Shown here: piece after piece, positions 28,849-39,040 of the stretch
Layout: each line of letters begins with the position of its first letter
How positions within the stretch are numbered: position 1 is the first letter of the stretch
DNA from: Elainellaceae cyanobacterium
GTDB taxonomy: Bacteria > Cyanobacteriota > Cyanobacteriia > CAZCXK01
Length of the DNA stretch: 40,577 nt
Direction of reading: 5' to 3'
NCBI GenBank assembly: GCA_051117555.1
Contig: JBNPEG010000174.1
Coordinates: forward strand, 1 to 40,577
Notes under the pieces: model-generated
Database searches by the model: none
The model's input: only the letters and a program-made list of their open reading frames with translations
What the model was told of the DNA's origin: nothing
Program-made: the position numbers and the translations under genes

Positions 28849-29021
28849 GGGCATTGCTCATCGACGAATGATTTCCGGAGGGGCAATAGCCCTATGGGCA
28901 TGGCTTCGCTAAGGCATTGCCATGCCCGTACAACGGGTGGTTGGCGGGCTAGTGGTTTCCCTATCATTCGTCAATTTCGCAACGCCCTTAATCCAAAATC
29001 GAGAACTGGTATTACGCTCAA

Positions 29022-29483
29022 TTATGCAGTTTCCCAAAGCTGTCGAACGTCTTCGGGAAACGCTTTTGCGACATCTTGAACGTTTTCTGAAGAAAGCTCA
29101 TCCTTGGTTGCTGCAAACACAGCTTTAGTTACTTGTTCCGGAGATGCATCTGCGGGCAAAAATCCTTCTTGATTGAGCCGTAACATAAACGTCTCAGCGC
29201 TGATGTCAATGGGGCGCAATGGACTAATGCGGCTAAAAAAGGCAACCATAGTATTAGTGTCGCTCCATAAATCTGCGACTTCCATATTGGCAAGGGGAGC
29301 CTCTACTTGAAGATCACCTTCGATGCGATCGACGGTTTCATTTGACATCATGTCGCGCATAATGCGAAACACAACGTTGGTCGCTGCTTGAGCTTCGTTG
29401 GTCGTTTTTAGATCACACTTTTCAATAACCCGTTCGAGAAACGGCTTCTTTTCTGTGGATTGTTCTGTAGATTGTTCTGCCAT
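29022..29483 (-). CDS. DUF2267 family protein
   Basis: FLERV..A..ATNVVFRIMRD, AVFAATKDELS, QLWETA; AAGGAGA RBS before ATG 29483. Confidence 0.8.
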   Translation of the reverse strand: MAEQSTEQSTEKKPFLERVIEKCDLKTTNEAQAATNVVFRIMRDMMSNETVDRIEGDLQVEAPLANMEVADLWSDTNTMVAFFSRISPLRPIDISAETFMLRLNQEGFLPADASPEQVTKAVFAATKDELSSENVQDVAKAFPEDVRQLWETA

Positions 29484-29763
29484 ATTGGTCTCCTTATCTG
29501 CGTCATCAGAGTTTTCATCCCACTGGTGAAGTGGGACTAACACCAATTCTTCGAAGTAAGACTACACATGAACAGGCGAACTTTTGCAAGGCTGGTGGCC
29601 GTCAATCCAAAATCGCAAATCCAAAATCGAGAATTGGCATAACTCTACTCGCTTCAAATGTTAAGGATTATGTCGTCGACGCGCGTCGCTCATTCGAAAG
29701 AGTTTGAGACGGGATAACTTACGTTGGATCAATGGCCGCATATCTTTAATAGTTAGATCCCAA

Positions 29764-30750
29764 TCAGACAGGCAAGTCGGCGCGGGGGTTGAAGGTTTCA
29801 ACCTGGCGCAGTTTTTCGTAGAGTTCTTGCTCTCTGGGGTGAATTTCTTTAGGGGTCGCAATCACAATTTCTACAATTTGGTCGCCCCGTCCTCTATCTG
29901 TAGGATAGCCTTTGCCCGCAAGCCGCAGTTTCTGCCCGGATCGCACCCCAGGAGGAACCCGCATCTTCACTAGCCCATCGAGCGTGGGCACCTCAATTGC
30001 CCCCCCCAAAACGGCTTCACTGGGCGTTACCGGAACTTGGCACTGAATATCAGCACCGATGAGCTTAAAAAACGGGTGCGGAGAGACGTCAATTTTGAGA
30101 AATAAATCGCCTCCTGACACTCCTTGATTTCTGAGGCGAATGCGTTGCCCTGCAATCATTGCGGGTGGCATATTAACATCGAGCGATCGCCCATCTCCCA
30201 ATCGAATCCGTTCTCGTCCTCCCCGATAGGCTTTTTCAAGCGGCACTGTCAGCTGAGCTTCCGCATTTCGTGATCCTGGTGGACGAGATCCTACCGTATA
30301 GGAAGTCCTGGTTTTGCCAGGGCGATACGGATCGGGCGCAACCCGTGTCCGAGTTGTAGCCGTTCGAGTGGTTCGGACCGTATTTTCGTTCCGTCGATTC
30401 AATAGCTGATCAACGAAGCTGTTAAAGTCGCGAAACTGGCTAAAATCAATCTCATCTGGCGCAGTTCGGCCTCGACCATTCCAACCACGGGAGCGAGGCG
30501 TAGCGCTGCTCTGAAACCCTTTTTGCTTCCAGAATCGACTGAACTGATCATACTGAACCCGCCGGGTTGGGTCAGATAACACCTCGTAGGCTTCACCGAT
30601 GTCCTTAAACTTCTCTTCAGCAGCTTTATCTCCCGGATTTAGGTCAGGATGATATCGCCGTGCCAGCTTTCGGTACGACTTTTTAATCTCTTCAACTGTT
30701 ACGTCTCTGGGAACTCCTAATATCTGGTAATAGTTCCGAAAGTTTTGCAT
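29764..30750 (-). CDS. dnaJ: DnaJ (class B, no zinc finger) co-chaperone
   Basis: J-domain YYQILGV..YHPDLNP; C-terminal [17 protein letters not shown]; directly downstream of dnaK. Confidence 0.93.
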   Translation of the reverse strand: MQNFRNYYQILGVPRDVTVEEIKKSYRKLARRYHPDLNPGDKAAEEKFKDIGEAYEVLSDPTRRVQYDQFSRFWKQKGFQSSATPRSRGWNGRGRTAPDEIDFSQFRDFNSFVDQLLNRRNENTVRTTRTATTRTRVAPDPYRPGKTRTSYTVGSRPPGSRNAEAQLTVPLEKAYRGGRERIRLGDGRSLDVNMPPAMIAGQRIRLRNQGVSGGDLFLKIDVSPHPFFKLIGADIQCQVPVTPSEAVLGGAIEVPTLDGLVKMRVPPGVRSGQKLRLAGKGYPTDRGRGDQIVEIVIATPKEIHPREQELYEKLRQVETFNPRADLPV

Positions 30751-30768
30751 GGAAGCACGTGGTAATAA

Positions 30769-30862
30769 ATTATGAGGTTTAGATTATGAATAATGAGTTA
30801 TGAATAATCGACAAGGCTCGTCGTTGAGTATACTCGCCCTTCAACACTCATAACTCAAAATT
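30769..30862. repeat. Short heptameric (TTATGAR-type) repeats in inverted arrangement between dnaK and dnaJ
   Basis: ATTATGAGG..ATTATGAATAATGAGTTATGAATAAT, then ACTCATAACTCA. Confidence 0.5.
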
Positions 30863-30866
30863 TTAA

Positions 30867-32879
30867 TTAAAGCCAATCGTCGTCGTCATCCCAATCATCA
30901 TCGTAGGTGCTCCCGCGTTGCTTGTTGCCCCCATTGCTGGGATATGAGCGCCGATAGGTTTTACGCTGAGTTGAGTAGTCGTCATAATCATCATAGAAGT
31001 CATCATTACCCGTAATCGTCCGACGAATCGTGCCAAAGAACCCCTCATCTTCCTCTTCTTCTTTAACGATTTGATAGACTTCTCGACTTAGCTCATACAG
31101 TGCATCTTGCAAATCAGCTTGGGCAATATCAATGCCTCGCTCATCGTTTCGCTGCAAGCATTCTCGCAGTTCTTCGATTAGGCTTTCGATGCGTCGTCGA
31201 TATTGGCTAGCAAACTGCATTCCAAAATCAAGCGCAACTTCTCGAAGCTGACGCTCGGCTTGGAAGGTCAATGCTTCGGCACGATTACGTTTCTCGATGC
31301 GTTCCCGCCGCTCGCGATCCATATCAGCATAGCGCTCGGCATCTTGAATCATGCGATTCACTTCTGATTCGCTTAGATTCGAAGCACCCTGAATGGTGAG
31401 TCCTTGTTCTCGCCCGGTCGTCTTATCGAGTGCGGTCACTTGCAGAATGCCGTTGGCGTCAATATCAAATGACACCATCACTTGCGGAATTCCTCGCGGC
31501 GCTGGCGGAATCCCCATGAGCTTAAACTTTCCGAGGGATTTGTTATCAGACGCCATTTCCCGCTCACCCTGAAGAACGTGAACTTCAAGCATCGTCTGAT
31601 TATTTTCTGACGTAGAAAAGATATCAGAGCGACGGACCGGGATCGTCGTGTTACGAGGAACCAGCTTCTTCATGACACCGCCGATGGTTTCTAACCCTAG
31701 CGATAGGGGCGTGACATCAAGCAGCAGGATGTCTTTAATTTCTTCATTCAAAATGCCTGCTTGGATGGCAGCTCCGACCGCAACCACCTCATCCGGATTG
31801 ACATTTTGATTGGGTTCTCGGTCGACGAGCGATCGCACCAAGTCTTGCACCATTGGCATCCGCGTCGCGCCACCCACCAAAATCACCTCATCGATCTGCA
31901 CCGGACTAATCATGGCATCGGCTAATGCCTGCCTCACAGGGGCTTGGAGGCGACTGACCAAATCACCGCATAGTCCCTCAAATTGAGAACGCGTCAGCCG
32001 AGTCTCTAAATGCTTGGGCCCATCTTCAGTGGCGGTGATAAAGGGCAGGCTAACATCGGTTACGGTGACTCCTGATAGCTCGATTTTGGTCTTTTCTGCG
32101 GCTTCCATCAACCGTTGCAGGGCTTGGCGATCGCGTCTTAGATCCACTCCTTCTGCGTCTAAAAACTGCTCTGCGAGCCAATCTACAATCTTTTTATCAA
32201 AATCATTTCCGCCCAACTGAGTGTCTCCGCTAGTGGCCCTCACCTCAAAAACGCCATCTCCAACCTCTAGAATAGACACGTCAAACGTGCCGCCTCCCAA
32301 GTCAAACACTAAGATTGTTTGGTTGTGGCGATCGTCGAGCCCGTATGCCAGAGCAGCAGCCGTCGGCTCATTCAGAATCCGCTTCACGTCTAAGCCCGCA
32401 ATCCGTCCGGCATCACGCGTCGCCTGACGCTGAGTGTCGTTGAAATAAGCAGGAACCGTGATTACTGCTCCTGTCACGGGTTGCCCTAAATATCGAGTCG
32501 CCTCGTCTGCCAACTTTCGCAAAATCATGGCCGAAATTTCTTCAGGCGCAAATTCCCGTTGCAGCCGGGGGCATTTGATCTTGATGTTGCTCATCTCATC
32601 GCGCCGAATTGTATACGGGACACGCTTTAAATCTGAGGCAAGTTCGGGGTACTTACGCCCGATAAAACGCTTGATCCCAAAAAAAGTGTTCTGAGGATTT
32701 AGCACAGACTGTCGGCGCGCCATTTGTCCGACAAGACGTTCTCCATCTTTGCTAAACGCCACAACTGACGGTGTCGTTCTCATGCCTTCCGAATTAGCAA
32801 TAACGACGGGTTTGCCGCCTTCCATAACGGCTACAACTGAATTGGTTGTTCCCAAGTCAATGCCAACGACCTTACCCAT
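30867..32879 (-). CDS. dnaK: Hsp70 chaperone DnaK (DnaK3 type, acidic Trp tail)
   Basis: [24 protein letters not shown]-terminal [11 protein letters not shown]; paired with dnaJ. Confidence 0.96.
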   Translation of the reverse strand: MGKVVGIDLGTTNSVVAVMEGGKPVVIANSEGMRTTPSVVAFSKDGERLVGQMARRQSVLNPQNTFFGIKRFIGRKYPELASDLKRVPYTIRRDEMSNIKIKCPRLQREFAPEEISAMILRKLADEATRYLGQPVTGAVITVPAYFNDTQRQATRDAGRIAGLDVKRILNEPTAAALAYGLDDRHNQTILVFDLGGGTFDVSILEVGDGVFEVRATSGDTQLGGNDFDKKIVDWLAEQFLDAEGVDLRRDRQALQRLMEAAEKTKIELSGVTVTDVSLPFITATEDGPKHLETRLTRSQFEGLCGDLVSRLQAPVRQALADAMISPVQIDEVILVGGATRMPMVQDLVRSLVDREPNQNVNPDEVVAVGAAIQAGILNEEIKDILLLDVTPLSLGLETIGGVMKKLVPRNTTIPVRRSDIFSTSENNQTMLEVHVLQGEREMASDNKSLGKFKLMGIPPAPRGIPQVMVSFDIDANGILQVTALDKTTGREQGLTIQGASNLSESEVNRMIQDAERYADMDRERRERIEKRNRAEALTFQAERQLREVALDFGMQFASQYRRRIESLIEELRECLQRNDERGIDIAQADLQDALYELSREVYQIVKEEEEDEGFFGTIRRTITGNDDFYDDYDDYSTQRKTYRRSYPSNGGNKQRGSTYDDDWDDDDDWL

Positions 32880-33262
32880 CCGATGCGATGCTCCTCGCGC
32901 GTTTCGACAACTATTAAGAAATTACTAGACTTATTCTATCTTGTCGCTGCCAGAGTCTAAGGGGGTAGGGAGATTGGTAAAGGCGTGATGTCAGGAAAAA
33001 TGGCATTAAATCCAGCGAATGATAGGTCTAGTGTAGTCTTTGAAGCATTTTATGGGGATCGATGCGAGAGTGAAAGTTTAGAGGTCGCTCATTCAAGAAA
33101 CGATTTCGGGGAGCGTATGACCCTATGTTGGAAGCCATTTGGGCATTCCCCAACGTACAGCTCAGAGGTATGCCCATACAGAAATTTACAGGTTCCAGAC
33201 CGTTCTAGATCCGTGGGAAACCTGTAAATCTTCCGCATATTCTAATGCCCTGATCCGTCTGA

Positions 33263-33354
33263 ATAGCCGTACGCTCTCGCGCTAGGATGTTGAACGTGTG
33301 TGAGCCCCCGCGGCGCGGAGACTCACTACACAAACCTAAGCTCGTAGGGCTATA
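33263..33354 (+). mobile_element. MITE family A copy
   Basis: ATAGCCGTACGCTCTCGCGCTAGGATGTTGAAC..GTAGGGCTATA. Confidence 0.85.
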
Positions 33355-33418
33355 CGGGCAAATGTTGCCCTTACAAACTTGATGAAATCAAGAGTGCCAA
33401 CTTGAAGACACTCGAAAT

Positions 33419-36400
33419 CTATGACACCTTAAACTGACTCACCGAAATCCTCAACTCTTCAGCAATATCAACGGTTTGATGCAATGATCCGGCAACATCG
33501 CGAGATGTTTCAGACGTATTTTTCGAGATCATCGCCATATCTTTCATGAGCGTGCTAATCGTTTGAGAGGTTTCCATCTGAGACACCGTGGCTTCTGAGA
33601 TAGACTGCACGAGGCGATCGATCGTTCGAGAGACTTCTTGGATTCCGTCTAAGTTGTGCTTAGCATCTTCGACAAATCGAGTCCCCTCAACCACATGGGT
33701 TGTACTTTGTTCCATGGCATTAATGACCTGACTGGTTTCGAGCTGAATGCTCGTGACAATTTTGTCGATTTCACCCGTAGCTGTCGCTACCTGATTTGCC
33801 AGTTCCCCTACTTCTTCAGCGACGACTGCAAAGCCCTGTCCATCTTCGCCTGCACGAGCTGCCTCAATGCCTGCATTAATGGCGAGCAGGTTGGTTTGCA
33901 TGGCAATTTTTTCGATAATAGATACCACTCTTGAAATTTGCTGAGAAGATTCTGCGAGGCGTTTCACCTTCTTTGCGGTTTCGCCGATCGCCTCTCGCAA
34001 GGACAGAATATTTTGTACGGTTAAGTCCATAGCATCTCCGCCTGCTTTTGCAGTAGACGATGCCGTGCGAGTAATTTCTGCTGCCTGACGGGCACTTTCA
34101 GCCACCGACTGAATCGAAATCGTCATCTGCTCAACTGAATCCAGCGTGTGCGTCATATCTTCGGCTTGCTTAAAGACATCATCAGCAAGTCCGCTAATGG
34201 CAGCTTCATCTGTATTCAACGACTCGTTGACTCGTAATGCAGATTCTTTCACCTTGGTGACAATTTGCCGCAAGCTTTCGACAATCGAGTTAAAGAAGTC
34301 TGCCACGGTGCCAATATCACCAGCGGTCACATCAGCGCGAACCGTCAAATCTCCCTGAGCGGCTCCCTCAACATCCCCTAGCAAGTTAATGAGTTGACGT
34401 TGGAGGTTTTCACGTTGCTGTTGCTGTTCTTCGGCCAAAAGACGCGATTGCTCGGCAGCCTTTTCTTTTTGTTGGAGGAGTTCGGCTCGATCGAGGAATA
34501 GCCCAACCTGGGATGCCAACTGACCAAAGAAGGCCGTTTCCTGGGATTCCCAATCCCTTGGCCCTGAGCACTGGTGGGCGATGAGTAGCCCAAGAAGCTG
34601 ATTGCCTTTTTTGATGGGTGCAACCAGGTTTGCTCGGACAGCAAACGGTTCGAGTTGTTTGAGGTGGCACTCGGTTAGCCCGGCATTGCGAATATCCGGT
34701 GTGGCTTGCACCCGTCCTCCTTTATATTTATCGACGTATTCGTCTGCGAAACACGGGTCATAAATTTGTACTCCCAATGCGCGAGGACATCCATCCACGA
34801 CCGACTCTGCCGTGATTGTGCCTTTCCAATTCTCATCGAATCGATATATCAACACCCGATCGACCCGGAGTGTTTGGCGAATGCTGGTCAAAGGGAGTCG
34901 CTTCAAAATGTCTTCTGAGCTTTCGATGCTGGTGAGCTGGAGGGTCATTTGTGTAAGCAGTTGCGATCGCTCGGTTTCCTCATCGGCTAGGGTGCGCGAC
35001 TGCTCAGAGAGGGTGCGTGACTGCTCTGCCGCGAGTTCCTTTTGCCGCAGTAAGTCAGCCCGGTCGATCACCAGCCCAACTTGAGAGGCAACCTGACCAA
35101 AGAAAGCAATTTCCTGCTGCTCCCACTGTCTCGGATGCGCGCACTGGTGAGCGATTAACAGCCCTAAAAGCTGGTCGCCATGCTTGATCGGGGCGACGAG
35201 GTTGGCTTTGACCTCAAATGGCGCTAACTGTCTGAGATAGCACTCCGTTAGCCCCGCTTTGTAAATATCTGGCGTGGCTTGCACCCGTCCTTGTTTGTAT
35301 TTGTCTACATAGTCATTTTCAAAACACGGGTCATAAATTTGGGCACCCATTGCTTTGGGAAACCGTTCATCTACTGATTCAGCGGTGATCGTGCCTTTCC
35401 AGTTTTCGTCAAACCGATAGACCACGATGCGATCGGCACTTAACGTATGGCGAAGTGACATGAGTGGAAGCTGTGCGAGAATCTCGTCGGCAGTTTCGCT
35501 ACGGGCAAGCTGGAGCGTCATGTCTTTGAGGAAGCGCGATCGCTCAGTTTCCTCATTTTGTCGTTTTAGATATTTCACCTGATCGAGCATTACCCCAAAC
35601 TGGGCTGCAAGCTGCCGCATAAAGCTGATTTCAGTCGTTTGCCAATCGTGGGTTTGGGTGCAGTGGTGGGCAATGAGCAACCCAAACAGTTGTCCTTCAT
35701 TGAGAATTGGCACCACCAAGTTGGCTCGGATATGTAATCGCTCCATGAGTTTGAGGTGATCCGGGTGAAATCCCGCATTGAGCACGTCTGACGTAGGCAC
35801 GACCCTGTCTTTCATGTAATCGTCTAATAGATAGGCAGGAATACATGGGTCCTCGATGTTTTCATTCAATGCCTTGGGAAATCCCGCTTCGACGGATTCG
35901 TGAGAAATATAGCCGCTCCAGTCAGGCTGAAAGCGATAAATCACGATTCGATCTGCTTGGAGGAGGTATCGCGCTTCATGGAGGGTTTTGGTAAATACTT
36001 TATTGAGGTCGGTGTCGGTTAATGCTCGTGATGCAACGAGTTGCGCCATCAAACGCGCCTTTTCCGTGGTCAGCGTCTCGTCGTTCAAGAAGCCTTTCAC
36101 CTTGGTAACAAGGTTATTAAAGGTTTGGGCTAAGGTTTGTGTTTCTTTAGTGCCGCAGGGCAATGTGACGACGTTGAGATCGCCCGCAGCAACCTGCTCT
36201 GCTGCGCTCGACAGGTAAAACAGAGGTGCAGATAGCTGACGCGCCAAATGAAGCAAAATACCTACTGCAACTCCCCCCATTACCAGCGTCAAGACTGCAA
36301 ATATTAGCGCTATTTGCTGACTAGCAACCCCTAGCTCAGCGCTATTCACAGAGGCGATCGCCATCCAGTTGCTTTCAGGGACGGCTGACATGAAGTAGGC

Positions 36401-37549
36401 GCGTCCATCATGGGTAAACGACAGAAGTATTTCATTGGCGGTGCCGATGGATGAAGTAGATTGCACATCCAGATTGCGGACAGATGTTTGCGCCCTGAGC
36501 TCACGTTGAATCATTTCAGGCGACAGTTGCATTTGCAAAGCTCCTGACAGTGCCGATGCAGCCTGTTTAATTGCATCTCCACCTCGAAGCTCTTGCGCAC
36601 CCGTTGCTCCTTCCGATGTTATTGTTTGGAGAACAATCCCAGATGCTGCATCAACAATCTGTACTTCCTGTGATTTTTCGAGCCCGGTTAGCAAGACGCG
36701 ATCGGCAATTCGATTGAAGCGATCAGCAGACATAACCGCTTTGACAGCCCCTAAAATATCTCCCGATATGGGGTCTTTAATGGCGTGGCTAAACTCCACT
36801 CCAAACGTACCCGTCGACTGATCAACCATGGGTTGAGACACCCATTGAGTTTGGCTAGTTGCCTGCTGCCACCACTCTTCATCTCGCTGCACAAAATCTG
36901 ACGTAGGGCGGCTATAGGCCACATTAAAGCCGTAGCGATCGGTAAAAAACAGTTCAGCCAGTCCGGCAACTTCGGCAGTGCGTCGGAGGTAGTCATTGAG
37001 CGACTGATCCGGGCGTAACAGCCTTGTTTCCTGAAATTGCTGTTCCACCTGCTCGACAGGACGCTGGTCAAGACCTCTAGCAGACGCATCAAATCCATTA
37101 CTTCGAGCAGATTCGATCACAACCGAATTTTCAGCGACAACTGCTGGAATGATTGCAACTTCGTCTAACAGGTCGCGAATTCCTTCTCCGGTCAGCAGCG
37201 CCTTGTCTTGAACATCGTCTGATGCCTGCTGCTGAAGGCTATCATGCATAAACTTGTAACCCACCACCCCGGCGATCGCCAATGGAACCACCACCGTAGG
37301 AAGAACGGTTTGCACTAGTTGACGCCGAAGACTCAACTGCTGCTGCTTGGGCGTTTTTGGGATCTTATCTGATGCAGGCATATGAGTCACACCAGAATTA
37401 TGAACAGTCAACGTTGAGGAATGATTTGAAACAAATGGATGAGGTGTCAATCCAGACTTCGCTCCGTTTTTAACAGATGAGGATGCAGTGTCGTCGGACG
37501 AGGCAGGATTTTGATGGTTGGAGCTGGATGCATTAGCTGAATGAATCAT
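33419..37549 (-). CDS. PixJ-like photoreceptor MCP: TM-Cache-TM, HAMP, three CBCR GAFs, MCP signalling domain
   Basis: GAF motifs [61 protein letters not shown]. Confidence 0.92.
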   Translation of the reverse strand: MIHSANASSSNHQNPASSDDTASSSVKNGAKSGLTPHPFVSNHSSTLTVHNSGVTHMPASDKIPKTPKQQQLSLRRQLVQTVLPTVVVPLAIAGVVGYKFMHDSLQQQASDDVQDKALLTGEGIRDLLDEVAIIPAVVAENSVVIESARSNGFDASARGLDQRPVEQVEQQFQETRLLRPDQSLNDYLRRTAEVAGLAELFFTDRYGFNVAYSRPTSDFVQRDEEWWQQATSQTQWVSQPMVDQSTGTFGVEFSHAIKDPISGDILGAVKAVMSADRFNRIADRVLLTGLEKSQEVQIVDAASGIVLQTITSEGATGAQELRGGDAIKQAASALSGALQMQLSPEMIQRELRAQTSVRNLDVQSTSSIGTANEILLSFTHDGRAYFMSAVPESNWMAIASVNSAELGVASQQIALIFAVLTLVMGGVAVGILLHLARQLSAPLFYLSSAAEQVAAGDLNVVTLPCGTKETQTLAQTFNNLVTKVKGFLNDETLTTEKARLMAQLVASRALTDTDLNKVFTKTLHEARYLLQADRIVIYRFQPDWSGYISHESVEAGFPKALNENIEDPCIPAYLLDDYMKDRVVPTSDVLNAGFHPDHLKLMERLHIRANLVVPILNEGQLFGLLIAHHCTQTHDWQTTEISFMRQLAAQFGVMLDQVKYLKRQNEETERSRFLKDMTLQLARSETADEILAQLPLMSLRHTLSADRIVVYRFDENWKGTITAESVDERFPKAMGAQIYDPCFENDYVDKYKQGRVQATPDIYKAGLTECYLRQLAPFEVKANLVAPIKHGDQLLGLLIAHQCAHPRQWEQQEIAFFGQVASQVGLVIDRADLLRQKELAAEQSRTLSEQSRTLADEETERSQLLTQMTLQLTSIESSEDILKRLPLTSIRQTLRVDRVLIYRFDENWKGTITAESVVDGCPRALGVQIYDPCFADEYVDKYKGGRVQATPDIRNAGLTECHLKQLEPFAVRANLVAPIKKGNQLLGLLIAHQCSGPRDWESQETAFFGQLASQVGLFLDRAELLQQKEKAAEQSRLLAEEQQQQRENLQRQLINLLGDVEGAAQGDLTVRADVTAGDIGTVADFFNSIVESLRQIVTKVKESALRVNESLNTDEAAISGLADDVFKQAEDMTHTLDSVEQMTISIQSVAESARQAAEITRTASSTAKAGGDAMDLTVQNILSLREAIGETAKKVKRLAESSQQISRVVSIIEKIAMQTNLLAINAGIEAARAGEDGQGFAVVAEEVGELANQVATATGEIDKIVTSIQLETSQVINAMEQSTTHVVEGTRFVEDAKHNLDGIQEVSRTIDRLVQSISEATVSQMETSQTISTLMKDMAMISKNTSETSRDVAGSLHQTVDIAEELRISVSQFKVS

Positions 37550-37773
37550 GGCGAAATGAACCGGTATTGCTTGCAGTTAGTGAAGTGGTAAGGCGATATT
37601 GGGCACCTCATCATTGGTAAATGACACTCCCATTAATGACACTGAGTCGATGTCCTTCACCCTGATGGGCATGACTCAGGCAAAATCAACAGCCCAGTTC
37701 AAACTGGATCTGTAGACTCGTAAAAGTATTCACATCGAGGTAATGCACCTTTAATGGATCAACCGCAGTGGGC

Positions 37774-37893
37774 TAATACCAAATTTCTAGCGTTAGGGCT
37801 ACCCATTAGCCACCTCCCTCCTCCCCGGGTAGTAGGAGGTGCTGGAGGCGGAAGAGTAATGCTCTGTAGCGATCGCGTTGAGAGTTAGTATCA
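37774..37893. mobile_element. Probable MITE (TAATACCAA-type ends)
   Basis: TAATACCAA / TTAGTATCA imperfect TIR; internal GC-rich hairpin CACCTCC..GGAGGTG. Confidence 0.4.
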
Positions 37894-37948
37894 CAGGAGT
37901 GAGCCGATAGTAATGGAAGAGTGTTTGAAACGTCTGCTCTTTAAACGA

Positions 37949-38281
37949 TCAGTAAGAGTTTTGAGATAAGATTCGTCGACAGGCGACACATCCTGCCGCA
38001 GATCCGCCCCCTGTCAAAATGGCAAGCCCCACGGGGCCTCCAACCACAGTGCCAGCTTTAGCCATTTCTGCGGTGACGTATGACACACAGGTGTCAAAGT
38101 CTGTTTTAGAGGCGGCTTGAGCATCGAGATGGTCATCCCGCCAGGTTTGAGCAATGAACAGAGCTAATTTTTCGAGTTCATGCTCAAAATCGCGACTGAC
38201 CAGGCAATCGCAGGGAGATGGATGCGAATCCACTGATGTCGAATGGTTGAAGGGATTTTTAGTGTAGTTGGAAGAATCCAT
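37949..38281 (-). CDS. Small hypothetical protein with 5 Cys and a Gly-zipper-like C-terminal segment
   Basis: 110 aa ATG ORF filling an otherwise empty gap; PCDC, TC, AGTVVGGPVGLAILTGGGSAAGCVAC. Confidence 0.6.
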   Translation of the reverse strand: MDSSNYTKNPFNHSTSVDSHPSPCDCLVSRDFEHELEKLALFIAQTWRDDHLDAQAASKTDFDTCVSYVTAEMAKAGTVVGGPVGLAILTGGGSAAGCVACRRILSQNSY

Positions 38282-38478
38282 TTCACAAAACGTTGATGGG
38301 CATTAATTTGGGGGTGTGTAAATCAAACCGAATGGCTTAACCATTCCGGTCTGAAATAGTCAGGACCTATTCGATTGAGAGATAGATACCCCTACACACG
38401 AACCCGATGAACCGTCTATGACTGAGCCTATGGCAGGTTAAACCACCCGAATATTGAAGGTAGATACAGGACTCAGAG

Positions 38479-38496
38479 TGAAATACATGTATTGCA
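38479..38496. promoter_or_regulatory. Palindromic candidate operator, copy 1
   Basis: TGAAATACATGTATTGCA (18 bp, one mismatched pair). Confidence 0.5.
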
Positions 38497-38724
38497 TATC
38501 TATCACTATTCGATTCGCAGATGCCATGAATATCTAGCGGCTACACCAAAACTTTATAAATTAGTAATTCTCTATGAAATAAATAGTGAGCATTCAAATA
38601 GGTCTAAACGACTGTGTAAAAATGCTTTCAGGATATCTAAGGGCCTTTGTAAATAAATGTGTTTAAGGGTTGATGAAGAGTTCAAATTTACGCATTCGAG
38701 CAGGATGTAACGATTTAACATAGA

Positions 38725-38744
38725 AAGCAATACATGTATTGCTT
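38725..38744. promoter_or_regulatory. Palindromic candidate operator, copy 2
   Basis: AAGCAATACATGTATTGCTT, perfect 20-bp palindrome; shares AATACATGTATTGC with copy 1. Confidence 0.55.
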
Positions 38745-38809
38745 CTTTTGTGTTGCGATATTCTGACTGTTTCAATAGTTAAAAATTTAATAGTCGAGCA
38801 TCAAGACTC

Positions 38810-38905
38810 TACGTCCTTATGTTCTTCACGTTAGGACGTCAAATGTGTGTAGAAGCCTTGCATCGCGCGGCTTTTACACACAAATCTGAACCCGTAGGGC
38901 TTATA
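38810..38905 (+). mobile_element. MITE family A, degenerate copy
   Basis: CGTTAGGACGTCAAATGTGTGTAG..TACACACAAATCTGAACCCGTAGGGCTTATA. Confidence 0.65.
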
Positions 38906-39040
38906 CACTCTCCTCTACTCGTTCCTCTATCTCGCTGAGCTATCCCATGCATCTACGATGGTGTGTCTGCGATGTTGATAGGGAGTGCTGCGATAGTTGA
39001 GGTGATCGCGTATTTTAAGACGTAAACTGACAAGACACTT

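Noticed and set aside
29661..29861. Short ORF overlapping the dnaJ 3' end
   Set aside because: Mostly overlaps dnaJ in another frame, with no recognisable motif or RBS.
32985..33227. 80-aa ORF divergent from dnaK
   Set aside because: No motif; it lies in the probable dnaK promoter region.
1092..37098. Numerous 60-190 aa ORFs antisense to or out of frame within large genes
   Set aside because: Wholly nested in well-supported CDSs, with no independent motifs.
37949..38281. RiPP/bacteriocin biosynthetic cluster
   Set aside because: No modifying enzyme, C39 peptidase/ABC exporter or clear leader peptide nearby; kept only as a lone-protein finding.
4460..38510. Recurrent ATCTAYC half-site upstream of malQ, the MscS-like gene and the small Cys gene
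   Set aside because: Short, with no consistent second half or spacing; it cannot be distinguished from chance without motif statistics.
38572..38775. 67-aa TTG-start ORF in the AT-rich divergent region
   Set aside because: No RBS or motif; the region looks regulatory.
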